From Welwitschia mirabilis (Eukaryota), in the NCBI GenBank assembly GCA_051453625.1, contig JBOZIK010000001.1, positions 2,397,305 to 2,429,900 of the forward strand: 32,596 nucleotides of DNA, given 5' to 3'. A model generated the notes under the pieces. The model worked only from the letters and a program-made list of their open reading frames with translations. It made no database searches and had not been told where the DNA came from. Position numbers and translations under genes: made by a program. Below are positions 1 through 12,098 of this stretch, piece by piece (positions within the stretch are counted from its first letter, which is position 1; each line of letters opens with the position of its first letter).

Positions 1-581
1 AGCTATTATTCTGTTATAAGTGGATGTAAAGTTCTTTTGATTAATACAAATACTCTCTTTTACTCCTATTATGTGAATGTCCCTTATAGTTTAAGTTAAT
101 CTTAGATAGTGATAAGCTTGGATTTATTTAGATCATGAGGGCAACCTTTATTAAGGTTGATCTTAGTAAGTAGTAGGTTTACATTGCATTTCTATTTCAT
201 TCATATCATATATTACATATTCTACTTGGTAGATCTAATAGTTTATTTTGATTAAGAATTAGTAGATACACTTATTGATTGATGTAAATTATAGAAAGGA
301 TAGTCTTTGTGATAGAAAGACTAGAAGCTAGTCCTTATGACAGAAGGATTATGATCTAAGTAGAATCTCATTTCCCTTTTCATTCACTTGCATTTTATAT
401 TTATCCATCTACTAAAAACTACCTTTGGAAATCAACTATCTAACTCTAAGCTTAGTTCCTTCATTGGGATTACGACATTTGGGTGAAATCTTGTCTATAC
501 TAGCATGTGTCTTTTTGCAACTTATATAATTTATAGGTTTACCTAAAGAGCTTCAAGATTTCATAAATTTGCACCACAACA
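1..581 (+). mobile_element. 3' portion of an LTR (3' LTR or solo LTR), Ty3/gypsy Athila-like family; same family as 30216-31686
   Basis: Colinear with 31052-31686 (shared aagtggatgtaaag, gtgaatgtcccttatagtttaagtt, gattaagaattagtagatac, cctttggaaatcaa, tgtctatactagcatgtgt, ggtttacctaaag). Ends in ...CACAACA at 581. No PBS follows. Confidence 0.85.
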
Positions 582-599
582 GCATACAACAAAATGAAA

Positions 600-2130
600 A
601 ATTTTTTAAGGCGTTTTTCAAGGTATCGCAAATGTGAAGTTTCAAATTCATAAATGTAATGTTTGAATAATGAATCAAAATTATACAATGCATTGAGAGA
701 AGAGACTAAATCCCAATCAACATTTATACATGCATCCATAAAACTAGGAAGAGCATTAACGGTAACAATAAAATTAATTTGTTTGAAATCAAAAGTTTTT
801 TATCCCTTATCTTATTCTTGTTTACTCAATAATTCATGCAAGACATCATTTTTAGATGAAGGCATGGGTGAAGTGGGAACCATGATAGGCAAGTGATTAT
901 CGAAAAAGGTATCAAAAGATGGTTCCAAAGGTGTAAAGAGTTTGTCTTCAACATTAAGATTCAAATCTTATTTAGAATTTAAAGATGAAAATGAGATGAT
1001 TGATTCAAGGGATTGTTGAAAAAAAGATTTTCTAAGGGATGAGTCATGTTTAGGCTCTTGGTTAAGGTTCTCCATTTTATTAAGGTTTTCAAGGGATTCT
1101 TCCTCATATGGTTGTAAAGGTAATAAATATTGAGATTCAAAGATAGGTTTAATTCCACTATTATTCATGTTACTCATTGATTCATCCTCTGATGTGTAGC
1201 TTTCAAATCTTTATTCTTCCTTAAATGTTTGTTCACTTATTATAGATTGTTCATTGTCATCTAAAGTATCTATTCCCACTCCAAAGTATAATCTACATTC
1301 ATGTAACCATTAACTCTTTAATTAATGTTTAAACTCAAGGTTCTCTTGGATTTCACCATTGGTTTTTTCATAGCTTTCTTCCTTATTTCTAAGGGATAAG
1401 GTTTGGATGTTGTTGATTTTAGTTTCACTAATCCTTTAAGGTTTTATAGGTTTATGGACTCCTAGAATGTATGAAGATTTTCTTATTCAAATGCATTAGA
1501 GATTTGAGTAGTAACTTGTGTTAACTATTGGATATATTACTTAAGTCTTTAGTTTATTTGCATTTATCTTTGATTTATTTGCTCAAGTCTTTGGTTCATT
1601 TCTTAATGTATTTGTTTCATCTGCTCTTATCTTTGATTCATTTGATCTTGGGCTTCTATGAATCTAGTAAAGATATCTTCTAAGAAATTTAAAAAGCTTG
1701 TTATGTATTACAACAGATCTAAAACTACCTTCTAATATTTTTTAAAAGGTATCCTCAAGGGAATACAAGGTGGTTTTTTGGTTGTATGAAGTCGACAGGT
1801 GATGATTAAATGATGAATGATATGAGAATGATGATGAAGGATATGGGTTAAAATATGATAAATGTAAATATGATGATAAAGGGTAAGGATCATGAGGGAT
1901 GAAGAAGAAGTGGAATTAAAATCTCTTCACTCATAATAGGAATTTTCAAGTTCAAAGTTATAAGAAGTTTTATCTATGTACAAGAGGGGTTGAGGGTATT
2001 CTTTAAGAGTTTGTGTATTATCACAAGAATATAAGGGTTGTGGTTGGTATGAGTTATGTTAAAGATAATCTCCAAGAATTCATTTTGATCTAGTAAAATC
2101 TCCTATAATTTGATTAGATTAATTAGCATT
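600..2130 (-). pseudogene. Decayed gag-like ORF of the Athila-like element
   Basis: Minus-strand reading gives a P/Y/H/S-rich stretch (~1800-2050), a coiled-coil-like LEDIFTRFIEAQDQMNQR (~1630-1685) and NNIQTLSLRNK (~1380-1415), which resembles the V.AITLRSGK gag-PR linker motif of Athila. ORF 968..1177 is a fragment. Many stops; boundaries approximate. Confidence 0.5.
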
Positions 2131-2871
2131 CTATAAACTATAGGGATAGACAAGTTTATAATTGAAAGCTATTTAAAATGAATTTGAGGCCTAACTCATC
2201 ATTTAAGTTCAAGAAAATGGGTTAATGTTTTTAGCTAAAGATTCACATTTTCTGGGTTTTGGAATGTAAGGTCAAGGAAAAAGTTAATCAAAACTCAAAA
2301 ACATCTGAAACTTAAATTTTTGAAACCTTGAAAAATAAACCTAACATTTTCAATTTTTTAAAAAATACTTAACAAAAATCAGAACAAATAGAACTTACAA
2401 ATGTATAAATAATTTACAAAAATTAGAAAACACATGAAATACATAACTCATTAGATTTTAGTTCAGTTTAAGATCATGATCTTAGATTTAGTTGCACTAT
2501 AGGAAAAATCATTAAACTTATAACTCAAAAATATTAGATATAAAACTAGTGTTGTAGATATTAGAAAGATAACCAAACTTAACAACTTAGACTAGTTCAG
2601 GTGTTATTGAAAATGCACTAGTACTTGCCACTAGAACAAAAATAAAACAACACTAAAAATAAAAATAAAAAGAACGAATTCAAGTATTACTAGAAAAAGA
2701 AACAGTACCAATGACTAAAAAGAAAAATAAACAAACACACAAAAGAAAAGGAAAATGGACCAGTTCAAGTATCATTGGAGAGGACTAGTATTCACCACTA
2801 GAAAAACAAAATCTGACTAAAAATTACAAGAAAAAGAATCATGTACTCATCAAAAATTACTATGCCAATAC

Positions 2872-2890
2872 ATCCTCAAAAATGGCACCC
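2872..2890 (-). other. Degenerate primer-binding site (tRNA-Asp type)
   Basis: Minus strand GGGTGCCATTTTTGAGGAT versus canonical TGGCGCCGTTGCCGGGGAT (12/19, mostly C>T or G>A). Lies next to the LTR terminus. Confidence 0.6.
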
Positions 2891-2895
2891 AAATC

Positions 2896-4317
2896 TATTA
2901 ACTTCTAGTATACTATCCAAATTTAAACTAAATGAGACACTTAATATCATTATTCAATAGGAATGTATGGGATAAATTAATCAAAAGATACAAGACTATT
3001 CTACTTGCAATGAAATTTCAAATAAAAGAAAATCAAAAGTTTAGAGAAAGGAAGTGATCTTCAATTAGCAATTCAAGAAACGAAAACACTTTAAGGATTT
3101 AGTGATTTATTCATCTCTCCTCCTTTGCTTTAATAACTCATGTATTTGTAACATACATTAAACAATCAAGTCATTAAGACTCGGCATGGAGGCATAATCT
3201 CATCCATCACATAGGTGTTAATGAATTATCAAGTACTCTTACTACTTCATAGCCCTTTATAAGCATGAAAATTATGAGTTAAAGTACACAAGATCTATAA
3301 AACAATAAGCACTATAAATCACAAAAGTAACTTTAGACAACTCAAACATTCAAAAGAACTTGATAATTAAGTAAGCTTTATTTAAATATTACTAATACCA
3401 TTTTACTATGCATTAACAATAAAAAATAAAATGTACTTTAAGAACTATTTATACCTAAAAATTTCTAATACCAATTGAAATTATGAATTAAATAAAAGGA
3501 TTTAAATCAATCCTTTATTAAAACTAAAAGAAATGTATTACATCAATGAAGGAGAAGGAGAATAAGAACTCCTCAACTAGCCTTGAGCATTTTGACCTTG
3601 ATAAAGAGTATTAGAACATCATGACGCCGAAGCCTTTAAGTATTCCCCAAGTTTTCCAAGTAACAGATGAATATAATAAAGGGTTCAAGGCATGAAGGAT
3701 TCAAGACCCTTTTATAGGGAGAGATGGGTTTGAGAAGTGGTTATAAGCTCTTGGCTTATGATTTTAGGTAGAATCTTTATCATTTAGCATTAAGTAGAAG
3801 ATTTTATCTTATAGCATTTGGTGAAGATTGTCTTGTAGCTTTAGGTAGATAAGATTCTCTCCTTTAGCATTAAGTAAAATTATGTATCGTTTAGCATTTG
3901 GTGTAGGTTGTCTTGTAGTGTTTAGTAGAGATCATCATGTAGTATTTGGTGAAATATTCATTATGATGAGTCCAACATGTGGCCTTTGAAGTTAGATTTC
4001 TTTACTACTTAGTGCTATGTCTCCAATACCATCTCCACATGACTCTTTCACATGTCTTCCAATGCTACTACTATGTGTCATTACCTCATTTCTCTATTAC
4101 CATTCTTATTTTATGTAGAATTATGTCCATCTTTCATCATGTGTTTCAAAACATGGCTAAAGACCTACAATTATTGTGAAGAAAAACATAATATTAAATT
4201 TTATTTTAAAAATAATAAAAGACATAATTTTATGATAAATTAATAAATTAAGTATCTTTTCTTATGCTAAATTGATCAATTATACTTACTTAAAATGTCA
4301 ATTTTCACATGTAAACA
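2896..4317 (-). repeat. 5' LTR of the Athila-like element
   Basis: Terminus tattaacttctagtatac resembles tgttaatttctaatacac at 22158. Shares the minus-strand TATA context (cccttttatag ~3707 versus cccttttataag ~22702), tagcatt-containing subrepeats (3770-3950) and atgatgagtccaacatgtgg with the 22158-23260 LTR. Right end placed at ...gtaaaca 4317; an alternative ...ctctaca at 4415 is not excluded. Confidence 0.65.
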
Positions 4318-4558
4318 GACTTCTTTGAATGTCCTAGACATCTACTACCTAATATTTTATTTTACTTTAAGTATTGTTAAAATTAAAAACTATCATAAAA
4401 TTTCATGTCTCTACATTTTGTATGGAAGTTAATATAGGTGTCTTCATCTTAGATCAACATCTCCATGTGTCACAAATATCTTTTAGTTTAATAGATGTCT
4501 ATTACTAAAAATGCAAAATTTTTTTGCTAACTCAATATAGATGATGCTTTAACCTATA

Positions 4559-4974
4559 TGTAATATGTCAAATTCACTATTTGTAAAAGAACATGTTAAG
4601 ATGATAAATTAGCATGACTAATAAGTTATTATGAATGGATCTGATCCAAATGTATAAAACTATATTCTTTCATTTTGCTACTTAAGCCTATGACATTAGG
4701 TGGGGGTGGACAAACTAGGTAGATGTAACTGATGAAAACCTTAGCTAATCCTCAAGGATACTAAGAGAAGGACTGAGGTTGTAGTCTATGTCTTTACCTT
4801 TGACCACTAGTCCAAGGCTGTTGGTAAAATGATAAGGAATGTAATCTATTATTATCCATAATAAAGATTGTAATTTTTGAAACTATTCCTTGTTATTCTT
4901 ATTGGTCTTGGCATAGAATTTAAATGTTTCTAATTTACGAAAATGATCTTAAAATGGTAAAATAAAATATTACA
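4559..4974 (+). repeat. 5' LTR of chromovirus (416 bp)
   Basis: TGTAAT...ATTACA inverted ends. Colinear with 11682-12098 (13 mismatches in the first 60 nt by hand count). Confidence 0.95.
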
Positions 4975-4976
4975 TT

Positions 4977-4989
4977 TAGTATCAAAGCC
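4977..4989 (+). other. Primer-binding site, initiator tRNA-Met type
   Basis: TAGTATCAAAGCC versus canonical TGGTATCAGAGCC (two G>A changes), 2 nt after the LTR end. Confidence 0.9.
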
Positions 4990-6008
4990 AATGATAAGTA
5001 ATAAACTGCTGCTTTAAAGGAAAGAAAGGAAGGAATCTAGTCTCATAATAAATAAAAGTATAACATTAACATAACATGCCAAATGGCAAAAAGTACATAA
5101 AAAAGATGTGGTAAAAAAGAAATAAGGCATCAGAAATAATATATGGGGTATGACATCTTATATAACTAAAATATGGAATCATAACTAAAGAGGAATAAAA
5201 TCCTCTAGAGAAAATAGAATAGGATTTTGGCTCTCCACATCTGAAATGGATGGCTCCACACCACTTGAAATCACCTCCATCCTAATAGTATTGTGAGGAA
5301 TTACTACAATTTTGATCTCAACTAAAGAAAAACCCATCATAGAATCTACCCTAGTAATGGAATATAGATTCTTTTAAAGCTTTGTATGAGGCTTCCTGTA
5401 AGTCATTATGATCCCTAAAAGATGCTCCTTAAAAAGCTTTCTATCATGATATAGAACATTAATATCATCAATAGTAATGGTTAAATGATCTATGTAAGAC
5501 TAGATCATCCTTTTACTCTTTACTAAATGAGTAGATAAGGTAGTCTAACTTTCCTCCAATGTAGTAATTCAGGAAGTATCTGCCCATGAGCTCTTCTTTA
5601 AAAGGCATATGTTCTCCACCTGATTTTCTAGCATTTAAAGGGATTCACTCATAGATTCTTATTTCTCTACCCCATGCTAAGCCATACAATAGAAATATTC
5701 CATCATATCAATTAGATTATAGAAATTCTAAAGTGGGATAGGTCATTTGTACTATGAAGGATAATCTGAGGTAAAGTAAGCCAAGTGGCTACACTCAAAC
5801 TCCCATGGAAAATCTATTACCTTATAATGACTGAAAGCATAGATGTTATCCATGTGAGATGAATGAGTGACTTGCATATGTAATAAGCTAGAGAGAGTTT
5901 GGTACTCTTCCAACTAGTCCATGAACTTCTTAATCTTTAAATAAAGGATCTCTACTACTAATAATAACTGATTTGTGTGGTATGATATCTAACTCTACAA
6001 TTAGAAGG

Positions 6009-6940
6009 CTAATGTCACACTCATATATTTGATGTCATATTTTCCTTTCATCCATCTCTAATAACTCCTGCTTGATCCTAGCATTAACCACACTTTTCTA
6101 GCCTACTCTATAATGAAGTATTTGATATTACACTCTAATATCCAATGTTGCAGTTGGATGTTTAATGTTGTACTTGGGTATTTGATGTTACACTTGCTTC
6201 TAAAAGTTCCCAACACCTTAACATCAGCTATTTTTCCTTCTACCTACCCATGTCAAAGGTCTCTAATATCATACTTAGGTGCTCGACATCACACTTATCC
6301 CTACAAGGCTCTAACACCTTTCACTTGACTTTGACATCACTTGTTTCACTTCACTACATACTGTGATGAAGACTCTAACATCGTACTTAGGTATCCGATG
6401 TTTTACTTAGGTGTCTGATGTTATACTCAGATGATTGATGTCATACTTAGGTATTCTATTTTACTCTTAAAGTCATAACACTTTGATTCCTTTCGCAAAG
6501 CCTTGGAACTTCACATTTCACTCCAGAATTACTCTTAAAGAAAGGTCCAACATTACACTTAGATATCTAACATTGCATTCGAACATCTAGTATTGCACTT
6601 ACTTTCATAAGATTTTGATACCATCTACTAACCCTTGGCATCATTCATTCTATTTTGGATTATCTATGATAATGATATCTAATGTTGCACTTAGGTTCAT
6701 GATGTCACACTTAGGTGTTTAACATTGTTTTTATCCTTGCTAGGCTTTAGAACCTTTCATTTAACTCTAGCACTTCCTACCTCATCTATACTTGCTCTGC
6801 AGCGAAGGTGCAACATCACACTTAGATGTCTAACATTGCACTTAGCTATCTAGCATTGCACTTTAATATCAAACATTGCACTTTAATCTTGACATGTGTG
6901 TATCATCTAACATCACACTTAGGGTATCTAATAATACACA
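6009..6940 (+). repeat. Degenerate 20-bp tandem array in clusters (higher-order repeat) in the chromovirus leader
   Basis: Exact 20-nt period at 6121-6200 (tttgatattacactctaata / tccaatgttgcagttggatg / tttaatgttgtacttgggta / tttgatgttacacttgcttc). Further clusters near 6009, 6262, 6374, 6546, 6678, 6809 and 6906. Confidence 0.85.
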
Positions 6941-7499
6941 TCTTGAATAATTATCACAAATGAAATCCATGTCATTAAGGATTATTATGACAATTACTAA
7001 CTACCCTTCTAACTATTTTCCTAATTGTTATTTAGTTATAGATACCTAACTCTTGTAGTAGTACTATAAAAGAACATAATACCACCATAAAAAGGAGTGG
7101 ATTATTCAAAGAAGAGGAATAAAAAAGGAGAGAAACATGAGCTTAGAAGGATGTCAAATTAACTAACACATTATGGGACACAGAGTAAATGGAAAATGGA
7201 TGAAAAAGAGAGTGAACTCGACCACATTCATTTACAAAAAAACCTCCTTGCTAATAGGATCGATAACTTTCTCTCTTACCTAGGAGAAATACCAATCAAA
7301 CAGAATCTTTTAGCACATCCCTAGAGCAACCATATACATTAGGAAAACATATTCTAATTAGTATAGTTAATATTTAGAACATCTAGATAAATCTAATTAA
7401 ACATATAGGTGAACCTTCAAACCTTCTTATTAAATCAAGCAAATAATTCCAATGCAGAGTAATAAAAAGAAGAAATGATTACAAAGATAATATGACTCA

Positions 7500-7950
7500 A
7501 AACATATGAAGATAAAGAAAGGATAATAAAATAAGCCATTCTCTAGATTTAGCAAATGGAGAACTAATTTAATCTTTGAAATGTTCCACCAAAATGATGG
7601 TGTACATATGATGTCGCCTTCCTTATAGAAAAGACATAGGAATGCTAGTCCAAATGCCAATAGAAACATCCTTAATAAGTACTTTAGGATATCTTTGTAG
7701 CAAAATTTAAAAATAAATTCATTCCCAAAAACTTCATAGAAGGGAAAATTGTAGAATTCTAATGCCTTTACTTGGGAAAACATCCTTTAGATAAAAAGTG
7801 GTATAAATTTTAGTGCCTAATAAAATACCAAAAGAAATTCATAAAAAATAAGTTAATTACTAGTTTTATTAGAATTCTACCACTCAAAATTAGAAGCATC
7901 CTATGTACTTTAGAGATCAAATGAACTGAAGATGCCTACTGCAAAACAAG
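7500..7950 (+). pseudogene. gag: Decayed gag (retrotransposon gag domain) of chromovirus
   Basis: FNL*NVPPK*WCTYDVAFLIEK (~7570-7635) and FVAKFKNKFIPKNFIEGKIVEF (~7695-7760) fit the F..F...F.P......K..EF pattern of gypsy gag. Boundaries approximate. Confidence 0.65.
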
Positions 7951-8269
7951 ACACTACCTTTAAAGATAAAAAGATTGATGGAATAAGCTTCATCACTCAT
8001 AAGCTAATAGATCCAATATGACAAGAATACTATTGGAATGTCAAACATTCAAAACTGACATTACATGTCATGAATATTATAAGAAGGTTTACATTATTAG
8101 AAATTATCCACCTAAAGCTTAAGCACCAAATCTCCCTTAGAATAGTGGCCTTAAACCTCATAAAATTCAGTTCCATAGTTAAAAAGAGTATATGTCACCA
8201 TCCAAATAGGTATGATTTACAACTTGTATTCTATCTTAGAATTATATGATCAAATTTTATTTTTCTTTA

Positions 8270-11200
8270 TTTCACTCCTAGTATATTATAGTACCTCCCA
8301 CAATTTCATTTCCCTAGCATTATTTTATAAACTAAACAACACTCCTTTTAAGGAATAAAATTCTACAATAGGAGTCACAAGGGGTAGTTTTCTTACACAG
8401 GATGAAACTATCATCTTTATTAACTACACTATTCATAACTTATACTCTAGGGATAAGTTCTATGCTTTTCACATTGGAGAATGCCATGTCATTTTGAAAA
8501 TTCCCTTCTTAATTAGATATAATTTTCAAATTAAATTTTGTTAGTATAGAATTTTGTTAATAAATTCATTTAGAAAATAAATCTTAAAGGTGGAGGGAGA
8601 GCGTAAGAGGATATCCTTAACCTCACCTAGGCTGATGTAAAAATCTATCAAAAGGAAACAATTCTTCATTACACTATCCTAGGTAGAAAGTTATAAAGAT
8701 GATCCTTCATTGCCAATAGAACTATAATAATTTTCTAATGTATTTAAAGATTCTAAGACACTACCACCTAAGAGGAAAGTGCAGTACATAATTGACTTAA
8801 TTCCTAGAGTACAACCTATAGCTCGAGCTTCCTACTAATTCTCAGTAATAGAACCAAAGAAACTAAAACTATAAATTAAGCAACTACTTTTGAAAGAAAA
8901 GATTCACCCTAATGTGTCATTGTGTGAAGCCCCAGTACTCTTCATGGAAAAAAAGAATAACATCTTGTAACTCTACATTGGATGCAAATAGCTAAACACG
9001 ATAATCATAAAAGATAGGTATCCTCTATTAAGAATTAATGACCTATTGGTTCAACTTCAAAAAGTTAAACACTTCTTAAATATTAACTTAAAGTCTGGAT
9101 AACATCAAATCTATATCAAACAAGAAAACATCTACAAAATATCCTTTAGGATAAAATATGGGTATTATGATTTTGTAATGATGTCCTTTAGATTAACAAA
9201 TACTCTTGCTACTTTTATGAGTCTTATAAATGGTATTTTTTTACTTTACCTAGATAAGTTTATAGTCGTGCTTTTAAATGATATTCTAGTGTAGTCAAAA
9301 AGCCAAGATAATCATGCTCCACACCTAAACAAGTTTTATAGGTCCTAACTAGACACGACTTCAAAGCTAGATTGAGAAAATGTGACTTCTTCTAGATTAA
9401 AATTAGCTATGTAGGACATGTCATTTCTAGAAAAGCAATTCCAACTAACTTAGCCAAAGTACAAGCCATAAGGGAATGACTAGAACTAAAAGATGCCACA
9501 TAAGTTTGAAGCTTCCTAGGGTTGACTAGTTTCTATTGGAAATTCATTGTAGGATTCTCTCAAATTATAGCACCACTAATAGATTTAATCAAATCAAAAT
9601 CTACATTCAACTTCAAGGACATATGCAAGAAGACATTTCTTAGGCTAAATCTATTACTTATAATGGCATATATTCTCAAAATTATAGACATGAACAAAGC
9701 ATACACAGTTACCACTGATACTTCTACTCAAGATATAGGGGATGTACTAACCCAAGATGATCAAGTGATTACCTATGAATTAAGAAAACTAAACCAGCAT
9801 GAGAAGAACTATTTCATCCATGATCTTGAACTGCTAATCATATTGTATGCCCTAAAGGTTTAAGGACATTATCTACTAGAAAGTAAATTTTTACTCAATA
9901 TAGACCATAAAATCTTAAAATTTTTCTAGAAATAGCTTCTTATGAAAACGTGATAGAGGAGATGGGGTAAATTACTTATATAATATGACTTTAAACTATA
10001 GTACATCAAAAGAAAGAAGAACAAAGTTACAGATGCCTTGAGTAGAATGTGGTGCATGCTAGCCACCACTATTATATTATATCCATTAGTTTTCCTTTAG
10101 ACATTCATAGTCAATGATCCATACTTCAAAGACATACATCAGTCAATATAAAAAGGGAAAGAAGTTAAGTTACCACATATACTCTTTCATGAGATAGATA
10201 CCTATTAAAAGGCTAATGCCTTTATGTTTTACAAGGTTCATTGAAGAGGAAGTTAATGTTTGAATTACATGAAGTTCTCAATACAAGATACCCCAGATTC
10301 ATCTAAAATTACTATCGACTGAGAAATACTACTTTTGGTATATAATGAAGGTAGATTTAAAGGAGTATATTCCTAATTATCCCACTTTCTAGTAAATGAA
10401 GATTGAGCAAGGAAGATCCACTAAACTCCTTCAATCCTTAGGGGTACCATAATGGAAATGGAAAGAAATCTCTTTGGATTTCATAACTAGGCCACCTTTC
10501 ACTAATATAAAACATGATGTGATTTTTATTTGTGTAGACAAATTGATCAATATGGTCCATTTCATTATAATATGAAGCTCTAACACAACTGAAGAATTGA
10601 CCCTATGATTTGTGTAGGAAGTTTTTAGATTACATGATGCACCTCAAGTCATTATATGTGATCAAGATACAAAGTTTTTATCTCAACTTTGGTAGAGTTT
10701 TTTCCATTACTTAGGTACTAAACTTAATTTTAGTACTGCATATAACCTAGAAACAAATGGTCAGACAAAAGTAAATTGCATTCTAGAAGATAATATATAG
10801 TGCTAGATGGCTAGAAAATATAAATAATGGGAGAACTACCTACATTTGACTAAGTTCACTTATAATTAAACTTTTGAGACCTTAATTTAGTATTCACCAT
10901 TCAAAGTAATATATGACAGGAACTACTTCATCCCTGTCACATGGTCTGATCATGCATGAAAATTAGAAAGAGCTATGCCCTTTAAATTATAAATAATGAA
11001 AGAAAAAATTACCAAATTAAAAAGACACTTATAAGCCATTCAAGACTGGTACAAGAAATACTATGATCATAAACGTCAAACTCACACATTCTAAGTTGGC
11101 GAATAAGTGCTACTAGAAATTAAGCAAAAAAGGAACTCTTTGAAAATGGAAAAGTATAGAAAAATATCCCCTTGGTATTATGGTTCATTCAAGATTATCA

Positions 11201-11506
11201 AAAGGATAGGGAACTTAATATAAAAAGTACAATTTCCTTTGTGAATGTATTGAATTTATCTGGTCTTTCATGTAAGCACATTGAAACCTTACTATGAGGA
11301 TAAGTACCAGGACTATGCCTTGAATTGGTGGAATATTATTATTGACCCAACTTGACTTTTATTGTTCATCCTAAAAATATTTTAGATAATAGAGGTAAAC
11401 AATTAAAAAATAAGAATATAAATAAAGTACTCACCTAATAGACCCATTTTAATTAACAACTTGGGAAAATAGGGAGTGCATATAGGAGAATTTTTCCAAA
11501 ATATTT
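8270..11506 (+). pseudogene. pol: Decayed Ty3/gypsy pol: protease, reverse transcriptase, RNase H, integrase, chromodomain
   Basis: PR: LLVYYSTSHNFIS (~8275) and CHVILKIPFL (~8482). RT: LPPKR (8761), KDRYPLLRINDL, NLKSG*HQIYI, YGYYDFVMMSFRLTN, LDKFIVVLLNDILV (catalytic DD decayed). RNase H: ORF 9522..9863 with VTTDTS and HDLELL, then NKVTDALSR. INT: WKWKEISLDFIT, CVDKL, ETNGQT, YGSFKIIKRIG, VFHVSTLKPY. Many stops and frameshifts. Confidence 0.95.
11370..11506 (+). other. Chromodomain remnant at the integrase C-terminus
   Basis: PKNILDNRGKQLKNKNINKVL...TWENRECI*EN matches the P..ILD.R.K.LRNK.I..V...W...TWE pattern of Tekay/Del chromodomains. Confidence 0.75.
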
Positions 11507-11668
11507 AATAAAACATAATATGTTATTTTTCATTTTTAATGTATCTTGTAAGGTATAATATTTGTCCTTTCCTTATGTTTTATAGATTAAAAAACAATCT
11601 AGATAAGCATGCCTTCATGAATAAAATAAGAGGAGCAGAAACCGTGCTTAAGAATAAGCCTGATGCTT

Positions 11669-11681
11669 AAGGGGGAGGGAA
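11669..11681 (+). other. Polypurine tract
   Basis: AAGGGGGAGGGAA directly before the TGTAAT of the 3' LTR. Confidence 0.92.
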
Positions 11682-12098
11682 TGTAATGTTCCAAATTTAC
11701 TAGTTGTAAAATAATGTATTAAGATGCTAAATGAGCATAATTAACAAGTTATTATGAATGGATGTGATCCAAATATTTAAAACTATGTCCTTTCATTTTG
11801 CTACTTAAGTCTATGTTGTTAGGTGAAGGTGGGTAGACTAGGTGGATGTAACCAATGAGAACCTTGGTTGATCACCAAGGGTTCTAGGAGGAAGACTCAG
11901 GTCATAGTCAATGTCTTTATTTTTTACCACTAGTCTAGTATTATTAGTCAAATAATAATAAATGTAATTTGCTGTTATCCATAATAAAGTCCACAATTTC
12001 TAAAACTATTTCATATTATTATTATTGATCATGACATAATATTTAAATGATTCTATCTTTAGTGAAATGATCTTAAAATAGTAAAACAAAGCATTACA
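11682..12098 (+). repeat. 3' LTR of chromovirus (417 bp)
   Basis: TGTAAT...ATTACA, colinear with 4559-4974. Confidence 0.95.

Larger units (their letters stand above)
582..4317 (-). mobile_element. Truncated Athila-like Ty3/gypsy element (5' LTR, PBS, leader, gag-like remnant)
   Basis: LTR at ~2896-4317, Asp-type PBS at 2872-2890, T-rich leader on the minus strand (~2200-2870), then decayed coding-like sequence. Cut on the left by the LTR at 1-581. Confidence 0.7.
4559..12098 (+). mobile_element. Full-length, degenerate Ty3/gypsy chromovirus (Tekay/Del-like) LTR retrotransposon, 7540 bp
   Basis: Paired LTRs TGTAAT...ATTACA, Met PBS, PPT, flanks ctata (4554-4558) and ttata (12099-12103) forming a 4/5 TSD, and domain order gag-PR-RT-RNaseH-INT-chromodomain. 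Confidence 0.95.

Noticed and set aside
6009..6940. CRISPR-like repeat/spacer appearance
   Set aside because: The units are degenerate and directly tandem, the spacers resemble each other, there are no cas genes, and the array lies inside a eukaryotic retrotransposon.
7430..7783. 117-aa hydrophobic minus-strand ORF
   Set aside because: It is the antisense shadow of the A-rich decayed gag.
9522..9863. 113-aa ORF as a functional gene
   Set aside because: It is a stop-free fragment of the dead RT/RNase H region, flanked by in-frame stops.
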